64,000 nt of DNA. It comes from Camelus ferus. Its lineage: Eukaryota. Below the pieces are notes generated by a model that saw only the letters and a program-made list of their open reading frames with translations, did not search any database and was not told the DNA's origin. Position numbers and translations under genes: made by a program. Positions within the stretch are counted from its first letter, which is position 1. Every line of letters begins with the position of its first letter. This document shows positions 51,436-61,271 of the stretch, piece by piece. The DNA lies in assembly GCF_009834535.1 (NCBI RefSeq), contig NC_045696.1:98644001-98708000 (forward strand), given 5' to 3'.

Positions 51436-51501
51436 GGTCTTCTTTCTTTCTTTCTTCTGTTTTTTTTCTTTCTCTCTTTCTCTCTTTCTCTCTTCTCTCT
51501 T

Positions 51502-51564
<63 letters not shown>

Positions 51565-51580
51565 TTCTCTCTTTCATTCT
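51436..51580. repeat. Long (CT)n/(CTTT)n polypyrimidine microsatellite
   Basis: Directly visible; source of the spurious (RE)n and (SL)n ORFs. Confidence 0.95.
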
Positions 51581-51584
51581 TTTT

Positions 51585-52330
51585 CTTATACATCCCTCTG
51601 ATGTTAGACATCTTGGCTGCCTCCAAATCTTCCATACTGTAAACACTGTAATGAACATCTTTGAGCATCTTCCTTCTTAGAGAGCTGTCATAATTCTTCT
51701 GGGGTATATGCTCCAAGTGGTACTGAGCACTATAGAGCATTATAGGTATATTTCACTTCAGTAAGTATTACCATACTGCTTTTCTGAGTAGCTACACCAC
51801 TCAGCAACATTCCGTACCCATCCCTGCCTTTCTACATCCTTGCAAACAGCTGGTACAGTACTTATTTCTAATGTTTGCAACATGGGGTTTTATTTGCACT
51901 ATATTTCTCTCTTCTTTCTGCTGAGTTGAGCATATCTTCATATACTGTTTACCTATACAGGCTTCCTTTTCTGTGAATTGCCCATTCATATCTTTTGCTC
52001 ATTTCTGTACCAGGTCTTGATCTTTTTCTTAAAGCAGTTCCTTGTACACTCATTCTACATTAGTCCTTTATTGATTGTAGTGATTACAACATCTTCTCCA
52101 ATTATCCATTTGGTAACATCTCTGAGGAATACTTTGTTGAATGGAAGTTTTTAATTTTGGTAGAGTCAAAACTCATCAAATTTGCCTTTAATTTCTGAGG
52201 TTGCTAAAGACGGTCCTTCTTCACACCTAAGACACAAAAGTTGACTACATTTTTCCCCATTAGATTGTGAAGGTACCATTGACATCTGCAAGTCATTTTT
52301 GTACATCAGGTATACAAAAACTAGTTTCTT
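51585..52330 (-). mobile_element. Old L1ME-like fragment
   Basis: gttagacatcttggctgcctccaa...ttctggggtatatgctccaagtgg...cttttctgtgaattgcccattcatatcttttgctcattt. Confidence 0.75.
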
Positions 52331-52348
52331 TAACACTGTCTATGAAAC

Positions 52349-52574
52349 CAGGCTCAGCAGATTTTTTTTTTCTGTAAAGTGCCAGAAAGTAAATATTTTG
52401 ATTTTTGAGACAAGATGATCTTGTCACTACTTCTCAACTCTCGTGTGGTCAACCCAAGCAGCCATAAATAATATATAAATGAAAGGGAGTGGTTGAGTGC
52501 TAATAAAACATTTTTGCAAAATCAGGTGGAAGGCTGGACTTGGAGTGTGGGCCATAGTTTGCATGCCAACCCTA
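52349..52574. mobile_element. MER58A (hAT-Charlie)
   Basis: ttttctgtaaagtgccagaaagtaaatatttt...aagcagccata...gggccatagtttg; 8-bp TSD tatgaaac/tattaaac. Confidence 0.85.
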
Positions 52575-52689
52575 TATTAAACAATACTCTCTTTACCCAG
52601 TTGGTTTGTGGTGCTAAATACATTCATAAAGCAATTTCCCATCAACATGTGAGTTTTCATTCTCCTCTTAGAAGCCATTTGCATATACC

Positions 52690-53015
52690 TTTTCTGTGCC
52701 CTCTTTCCCTAGTCACCATTCACTTCTCCCTCCTTCATTTGCCTTAAACATTGCTTCCTCAGGAGGCCTTCCTGTCTAGTATAGGATTCCTTCTCATACG
52801 CCCTTATGAAATTATATTTCTTTACATTGAGTCACTCAGCTCGACATAATTACACAGTTGTGGTAATGTGATGTCTTTCTCTCCAAACAAGTTGTTAATT
52901 CCCTGAAAGCAGATAACCATGTCATTTTTGATTCATCATTTTATTTCCAGTTTCTATTAGAGCAGCTGCCCAGTAATGTTCACTCTATAGATATTTGTAG
53001 AAAGAATGAGTGAAT
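52690..53015 (+). mobile_element. L2 3' end
   Basis: ttgcttcctcaggaggccttcct...ccctgaaagcagataaccatgtc...atatttgtagaaagaatgagtgaat. Confidence 0.65.
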
Positions 53016-54666
53016 TCTATGTCAAAAAAGATTCTGAGAAAACTGGGTCAATTTTACCACTATTTCAAGTCTCAAATAATTTCTACTGAATATTTGAAGT
53101 TACTCAGGGGGTTTCAAATGTAGTTGAGGATAAAATCTTATTTTCTCCCTTCAACACTTTTGATACCCTGGTTTCACCACACCTGCTACAATTTAATCTC
53201 CTTTATATTAAAGAGGAGTTAGATCTGCTTTTCAAACTCAAATATACTATTTGAAATGATACCCATGTAGGTTTATTCAGGAAGAAAATGTCATATGGGG
53301 TGGGACATTAGGCAAAAACATCATTCATGATTGTTCTATTTGATGTTGGAGAATTTGAAGTTCTAAAGTGAGTATGTTTAAGGAAAAATAAATTACTTTA
53401 CATTTTAAAACACTGAGCAGAACTGTTCAGTAATAGTGGTTTAGTAATTCTCTAAACTATTTGCCTTCAGATACCACTTACCTAGTCTTGTAAGAAAATG
53501 TTGCATCAGTTGCTCATATTTATAGATAGGATGTAGAGTGGGAGGAAAAGTTGCTTCTTTTCCAAACTAAGATTTGGAAAAAAAAAAAAAAAAGCCAGTG
53601 TCAACATCACATTCCACGGTGATGCTCTCTGTATTAGCTACTTTTTCATGAGAACTCTTCGGTCGTGTTAGTTTCCCATAGTTTCTATTAATCCGTTAGC
53701 TGAGGGCATCGAATCATACTGCTGTTGCCTCCATTATTCTGTTAAAGTTTTTTGTAGTATAAAGCCTAGATATTTTCTGTTTCTTTCTTCCATTTTCTCC
53801 CCCTACCTGTGGACTCCTCTTATATCTTGAATTTACCCATCAATAACCTGATATACCATCAAATGTAAATCAGAAAAGCCAACATTTAAACACCTGAAAC
53901 CTCTGGTGTTTTCTTCCTTTATTGGCTGTACTTCTTTTCCATTGACTGTTGAAAAATAGGACATATTTCTTGGCCACACTGACCAGCTGAACTATTGAAG
54001 ATCTTGTCTGTTCCACATATTTTATTCCCTTTCAGAGAACACCCAGTAGCCAATGAAGCTCCAAAAGAATGATATGATCTAACAACTAAGTGGAAAAAAA
54101 AATCACAAAATTTAAATTAACCTATCTTAAAATGTTGCAGAATAGTTTGGTCAACTTTCAGTTTTACCTGAGATTTGGAAAGATTTAAAGTAATTTAAAA
54201 AAAAAAACCCTTAATTAGTTAAGGATTTTTAAACAAATAACAGTAAAAGAACATGAGACATTTAGAGAGAAAAGGGGTAGATTTTAAAGTTTTCATGATT
54301 ATTCTAAAATGGTTATGAAGCCAAACTACATGAGAAATTATAGCAATAGAGATAGTTGAAGAGTGGGAAACAGCCAAACATGTTGTAATGTACACTATTT
54401 ACTAAAACTAAGGAGAAACTATTAATGAAAAGTTAAGTTCATTATTTTTCCTTTCTTTTGTACAAGAACTGTTACTTGACAACTAACAAAGTGTGTTGTA
54501 TTCGTTGATGAAGATAAAAAAGTATTTAAAACACAGACTCCACCTTTAAGACACTTCTCATCTAATGCTTAGGCTGATCAAGAGGTAAATTAAAACATCT
54601 CAGTGATAAACTTTGTTAGAAAATTAAATTAAAAATGATGCCAATGGAAATTTATAGAAATGGGAT

Positions 54667-55225
54667 TGTAAGGGAGCAAAACTTGCACCCCACAATGTCT
54701 CTTTGACATATGAATTATTTTGAGCTGAAAACACTCAAGGCCCAAAAGACTCAGAAAAACACTTTGACCTTTCCCCTAATTGCCTAAAAAATTTTTAGAA
54801 GCTAGAAGCCTGTTCCTGGAATTGAGCTATCACCATAGATAAATATTGTATGAACTAGACGTGTAGACAGGAAGAAACCTAGCAAATGCTGTTACAGTTT
54901 CTCTCTATGCCCCATAGTCTCTACAGGGCCCAACAAACATGTATTTACCAAATATTTGCTTTTCCACCTCCATATGAATTGCCTTCCTCCCTTTTGAAGT
55001 CCAAACCACTACCACCAACATCCTCTTTTGTCTTTAGCTGAGATGGTATTTAAGATGAGGGTTTCAGCCATTTTGGTGAATTTTACTCAGTTTTCCTGAG
55101 TTTCTGTCATGTATACATGTTATTAAACTTTGATTTCCTCTTGTTAACCCATCTCATGTGAACTTAATTCTTAAACCAGCCAGAGGAATCTAGAAGGGTA
55201 GAGGAAAATTGATTCCTCCCCAATA
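54667..55225 (+). mobile_element. ERV1-class solo LTR, MER34-like
   Basis: tgtaagg...attattttgagctgaa...tatttaag (TATA-like)...attaaa...agaagggtagaggaaaattgattcctccccaata; 4-bp TSD ggat/agat. Confidence 0.8.
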
Positions 55226-56039
55226 AGATAGGAGGCAAACTAAACTTAGCTCATTACAGCAAAACAACGAAAAGGGAAGAGGAAATGATATTATATAACT
55301 CATCCATACTCAGTATCACTCTTATAAATTTCAATTATTTTAAATTATTTTCTGTATCTCCTTTATATAGATTCTTGATTATTCCTTTTTCTGTCTAACC
55401 GTTTACATCTGTATTCTTAACAGGTAACTATCTGATCAAGATTTCATGACCATAATACAAAATCCCAGTGGTAGCAAAAGTTAGAAAACTGTAGCTATAT
55501 GAATGCTTCACTGTGATAGAGTCCGAGAACTTTGGCAATTATTTTAAGCTGTCATCAGGGCGCTTCATAAATCTTGTAGCATATTCACTTATGATTAATA
55601 TTTCCAAAAGTCAACTATTCCAGCATGTGCTTATTTTGATAAATCAGAGAAAAAGGAAAGACAATCTTGTGTTTCATAAGTACTAAGACTACTAGTGAAT
55701 AATTCTGTCTTAAAAATGGTAAAGTAGCCTTCTCTTGGCTCCATGGTTACTCATCTGTATTTACCACTTGGTATTGAAGTGCATGCTGTTAAACCAAACA
55801 TCTTCTGGAGCCAAGAGCCAGCAAATGCAAAACCATCCTGTCAATTTTGCCATTGTTGACATCTAAATAACTATAAGCTGAATAATTTAAAATCTGTAGC
55901 ATTTCTTTACTGCTGCCATGCAGTACTAAGAGATTAAATATCTAAATAAAGCAAAAATGAATGACCAGCTTTCATAGTCTTCTATTCTTCCAAACTTGAA
56001 TTTCACATCACTGAGCCCATATCACAAGTATAGCACTGA

Positions 56040-56750
56040 AAGTCATAATAGAGAGAAATTAATTAAATGACTGTATTTCAATCACACAATTTTTTCACCC
56101 TAACATTATGAACTAAAAGAGTGCAGATCAGGCAGTTTGTAACTGACAGCCGTGCCATGAAATTGCAGTGCAGCCTTGATAATTATCCTCTTCATTATTT
56201 TTTAATATATATCAAGATAAATATAGCATTTCCTTTCACTTTTAATGGCATGCAGCATAATAGAAAGATGAGAAGAGGCGTGTTTGTCTTACAGTGTTAG
56301 AATTAAAGTGGTGGCAAAGGAAAGGGTATGACATTAACGATGCACCAGCGTCAACGCTGTAATCGACATCGATTATATAATCATTCTATACAAAGTTACA
56401 TACATAGTTAAAATAAAACAAGATGCATTTTCTTCACAAAACAGTAACTGCTGACAACAACTCTCATTAAGAACAAAATATAAGGCAGGTAGAGGTGGAC
56501 ACAGTGGTTTGCCTCTTGTCTCAACTATACCAATGGTCAAATAGTTGGGGTTTAAACAAATGCAAAATGCAATTGATTTATTATTGTTTGAAAACGGGCT
56601 TAGCAATTACAGAGCCATCGGAGTCCTGTATTAGTCCAGCTCCTTAATGTATTAGCATCATTAGATTTACAATTCCCCAAATTGATTTGTTATATTTAAC
56701 TTATGCTATGAATTTCTTCTTATTATTGACAGCAGTTACATTTTCAGGAT
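56040..56750. promoter_or_regulatory. Candidate conserved non-coding element / developmental enhancer
   Basis: No recognisable repeat; dense TAAT/ATTA, TGACAG, TGATTTAT and ATCGAT motifs; locally retained CpGs and palindromes at 56346-56382; conservation not checked. Confidence 0.4.
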
Positions 56751-57899
56751 GAACTTCTTGCTGCACTTCTTTCTCTTAAACTTGGAAGGAAACATTGAAA
56801 ATTTGGAGACAGAATTACTAAGGCCATGTCTGTAGGGACTGCTGTCTGAAATCTCAACCCAACTTCTGCTTTGAATTTTATTGACCTGCCTTCTACCTCA
56901 AGGCAACATATAGGAAGCAGAATAGCCACAGAATGCTGTGAGTAACACCATTTCTTTTGAGCTTGAATCAGATTTAATGATTCAGAGACTAACTGGTTAA
57001 AATGTAAATGTTGAGTTAAAACACACTTCCCAATAGCAAGATAAAGTTTTTCATCCATATCACAAGTCTGGTAATTTTCTAGATGCTTAGGACATAATGA
57101 ATAAAAAGGATAAATAGTTTTGGGGACATGACTGAAGTGGCTGGAAGCTTTCTGTACTCTTCCTCTGGCAGGAGATTAAGAGCATTTATGGAAGAGAAAC
57201 GTAAGGCCAGAACTACCTCCTCATGTGCTTCGTACGTGTACATTTAGGAGCAAAGCCTTTCTCATGTCTAACTTTGTTTCGTCATGACAGGGTAAGAGCA
57301 TGAGGCCAGAGGAATAACTTTCCAAGATTAACAACAACATCTCCTGAGAAAGCCACAAGGTGTTCTCTAAGAAAGCAGCTCAAATTTGGAGGGCTGGTGT
57401 CGACAGAGAACCACTAGACACACTTCACTGGTGTGGCTTTCTACCATTGCCGGGGACGGGGCCCTCATCAGGCCAGGAGAGCCACAAGTTCTCCGTCTCA
57501 CAGGTGAGAGATTCAGGGTAGGGGGTGCTACACATTCTGGTGGTATCTTTTCCCAGATATGGTGAATAGAATGCATTGGGGAATAAAGTACAATGCATGT
57601 ACTCCGAGCAGAGGTTGGACCAAAAAGAAAACCACAGGACATAAATGGTTGGTAGTACCACATTTCGTAAAATCCGGAGGAGGGAATGCAGATGTGGAGT
57701 TTCCCTGCTTGGACTGGCTGAGTTTCTTCCCCCAACTCAGCTGTAGATCACTGACCTGGTAATGGACACTCAAGTTTACCAACCCTGTCAGTTAAGGTAG
57801 GAGGGATGTCTAGCAACATTTATTTTTTTCACTGAAGAGAAACAAGGGGAATCCATTCAACTGAGGTTTTCTTAAATGTCAATCATGGATAGAATGCTC

Positions 57900-58600
57900 T
57901 TTGCTCAAGGACAGACAGAAAGAAACAAATGTATGCAAGGAAATGATTATGTAACATAAAATTAAAATAGACTATTACTTAAGATGCCAAAAAAGGAATA
58001 TTTATTAAGAAAATATTATGAGAAACAGAAGTAGTTTTAGAAAGTTATGCTGCTTTCTTCATCAAAATGTGCCTTCGGAAGGGGGAAAAGAGACATGAAA
58101 GGAGATTTTAATATTGCCAACGGAAATGAAAAGACTGCTGTCTGCAGTAAAGAAAGAATTAAAAGTGACTAATAGTGTATTATCACAATATGAGACCTAT
58201 AGTCAAAGCAGGAAAAAGCAGAACTGATGCTTCTGGGGACTAAACCCTAATGTGGAAGGTAAGTTGAAGAACTTTTCCAGAATGCAAAGGAAGGACAAAA
58301 AGCAAAGACAGGAACAGGGAACACAATAGTTTAAAAGAAAGTTTGGACATCAAAGGTACAGAGAGTCGGAATTCCTAATAAATAAAGCTACAGAAATATA
58401 ACAGAAATGAAAATTAAATTCCAAGTTAAAGAAGTCTCTTATGATATGAAAACAAATGAACCACCTTGGATGTTTGGATTAACAGTCTTACTGAGTACCT
58501 GACAAAATTAATGAAAGAAGCCTAGAAAAATTCTGGTCAGATCATTAAGTTTTATGAATAAATAGACTTGCATAACAAACAAAGTAGAATATAAGGGATT
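57900..58600 (+). mobile_element. HAL1 or L1 ORF1-like degraded fragment
   Basis: A-rich sense composition; gaagaacttttccagaatgcaaaggaa...gagtacctgacaaaattaatgaaa...cctagaaaaattctggt. Confidence 0.5.
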
Positions 58601-58634
58601 TTTTTTTTAAAAAAACTTATCTTGAAAACAACCT

Positions 58635-59165
58635 ACAACTTCCCCCTTGATGGTCTCTCCTGACCCCCAATTTCTTCTCTGACTTCATCTCTTCCTGTTC
58701 TCTGTTTCTTCAGCACTGGCTTTTTGCAGTTCATTGAACATCCAGACATGATCTGACGTTGCAATCTCAGGACTGTACTGTCTGTGCCCTCTGTCTGGAA
58801 GAGGCTTCCTCCAAATAGGTGTATGATAATCACTCACCACCTTCAAGAATTGGCCCAAATCTCACCCCATCCAAGAGTCCTACCCTGATACCATATTTCA
58901 TACTACTGTTCTCTTCCCCTTCCTACCCCCAACCAATTCCATGCCTTCTGCTGCTGCTGCTTCTTTTTTTTAAACCATAGTACTTATCACCTTTAACATA
59001 ATATATAATTTACACGCTTATTATGCCTTTTGTTTATTGTTTATCTATTGAAGCTAGAATGTAAAGTCTATAAGGGCTTAGATCGGTGACTGTTTTCTTC
59101 AGTTAGAACATTGCCTGCCACATAGCAGGTACTCAAAAGTGTTTGTGTGTGATTTGAATGAATGA
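58635..59165 (+). mobile_element. L2a-like 3' region
   Basis: gtgccctctgtctggaa...ctagaatgtaaagtc...tgcctgccacatagcaggtactcaaaa...tgaatgaatg. Confidence 0.85.
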
Positions 59166-59222
59166 TATAACATAACAGAATAACATAACATAACAACATA
59201 TCATAGCAAAACATAACAGCAT
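59166..59222. repeat. (ATAAC)n degenerate pentanucleotide repeat
   Basis: ataacataacagaataacataacataac...; a second short array lies at ~60214-60235. Confidence 0.8.
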
Positions 59223-59699
59223 AATTAGATTCTATAAAAGGAAGAAATAGGAGAATGTTTTCCCTGAGGCAGCACATCTGGCCAGTTCTCCCCGTCCCAT
59301 CCCTTGGAGCCTTCAAGGGCAGATCTCATCCCCTTTTGGTACTCATCCTCTGGGGAATGTGGTTGCATCCCACAGTGGAGAAGCCTCTCTATTCACTCCC
59401 TCCCACAGAGGATCCTAGACCCTTGCCCTCTGGCATAGCTTCTTCCAGGAAGAAAACAAACCTTTGCTCTCTACCTGGGAAGCCATATCCCTTGTGCTGT
59501 CTCTCACCTGTCCTACCTGTGCCCTGCCCTCCAGCTTGTATGTAAGTCCCTGGGCTACCCCTGGAGGTATCCTCCACTCCCAGGTACCCCACTGGTGTCA
59601 TGTCAGGCATTTCACAAGGAAAAGCCATGTGGAGAAGGAAGAAAAGGGCAAACAAACAACAAACAAAAACAATAAATTTCCATGGGCTTTTGGGTGAAC

Positions 59700-60200
59700 T
59701 GAGGGCTTTTGCAAGGGAAAAAAAAATAAGGGTGGCCAGGAAGGCCCTTTCTAAGATAAAGAATGAGATCAAGCCATTCGGGGGGCTGAGGGAAGGCATC
59801 TGAAACAGTACGTGCATAGGCTGGGAGGCACTGAGTGGCTTCGTCTGTTAGGGCAGCAGAAAGGAGGCCAATGTGGCTGCTGTGTAGTGAATGAGAAGAA
59901 AGATCATTCCATGAAGAGGTGGGAACCAGACTGTGTGGGGCCTTGGTGTGTAAGACCATCAGACTAAAAGAGATCTCTTGAGAGAAGGTAAAAGATAAAG
60001 TCCAAAGACAGACATGGGGGTGCTCCAGATCTTAGAATGAAAAGAAGAGAAAAAAGCAAAGGTAACTAATAACAAACAGCTGGTTAAATAGAAAGAAACC
60101 AAGACTTTATTGGAACAAATGGCAAAAGAAGAAACGTTTCAAGGAGGGAGTAATAGATCATGCCATAGGCTGCTAAAAGTAAAAAACAATGGAATAGAAA
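59700..60200 (-). mobile_element. L2 fragment
   Basis: agggtggccaggaaggcccttt...aaggaggccaatgtggctg...ggggccttg. Confidence 0.7.
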
Positions 60201-60269
60201 AGCATTCATTAAATATAACAACATAACATAACAATAATGAAGCACAAATGTATAGGATGATTTCCATGA

Positions 60270-60505
60270 TTCAAGTGCAATTCTTTAGCAATTGCTTCTA
60301 CATATATTAATTCCATTAATTTAAACTTCACAATAAGGAGTGAGATATACACTTAATATCTTTATTTTAATGATGTAAACATTGACAAAAAAAAAAAAAA
60401 AACTTAAGTAGTTTATTCAAGGTGACACAGCTAGTTAGGGATGGGTGCAGGATTCAAACCCAGGCAGTTTGGCTCCAGAGTTGATGTTCTTAATCTCTGA
60501 CTATG
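60270..60505 (-). mobile_element. MIR
   Basis: caaggtgacacagctagttagg...ggattcaaacccaggcagtttggctccagag. Confidence 0.85.
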
Positions 60506-60755
60506 GACATACCTGACCATTAAGCCCTATTAAGTTTAATTAAATGCCTAGAAAAATCCTCAACAATCTACACTAAATATGAATAATTGCTATGTGGAAT
60601 ACTTCAATTATATGTTTTATTGTTCCTATTTGTTTATTTGTATTCTCTATTATTGTACAGACAAATGTGTGATATTTATATATAATTGCATTTTTTAAAG
60701 AAAATTACTTTCAGGAGGCCTGTTTTAAAATTTGACATGCTAATGGTCGCATACC

Positions 60756-61271
60756 TGTATTAGTTATTTCCTGTTTCATTATAAGTTATTTATAAATTGA
60801 GAGGCTTCAAGGAACAAATACATATTACCTGTAGGTCAAAATGTCATGCACAGCTTATCTGGGGGGCCTCCGGCTCAGTTTCCCATGAAGTTGCAGTCAG
60901 TACAGGAAGCAGTCAATGATCTGAACCCTTGTAGAATTTACATTCTCGTTTCACTCCCTTGGGGTTGCAGACATCTGGGGGCCATGATATTCGTTTCAAA
61001 GATAGCTCACTCACATCGCTATAGGCCCCTCACCACATGGGCCTCTCCCTGACTTGACAACTGGCTTCTTCTAAAGCAAGTGATCCAAGAGTTAGAGCAA
61101 GGAGGAAATTTCAATTCCTTTTATGACCTCGTGCCGGAAGTTACATGTGTTACTTCCCCCACATTTTATTCACTGGAAGAGAGTAACCAAATCTAGCCCC
61201 CTGGAAAATAAGGCTCCACTTATATAAAGGAAGAGTGTCAAGGAATTTATGGACATTTTAAAGCTACCACG
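60756..61271 (-). mobile_element. MaLR solo LTR, MLT1G-like
   Basis: tgtattagtt...cacatgggcctctcc...aagtgatccaagag...tgtcaaggaatttatggacattttaaagctaccacg; perfect 5-bp TSD atacc at 60751-60755 and 61272-61276. Confidence 0.85.

Noticed and set aside
51366..51740. Arg/Glu-rich and Ser/Leu-rich ORFs
   Set aside because: Translations of the (CT)n microsatellite
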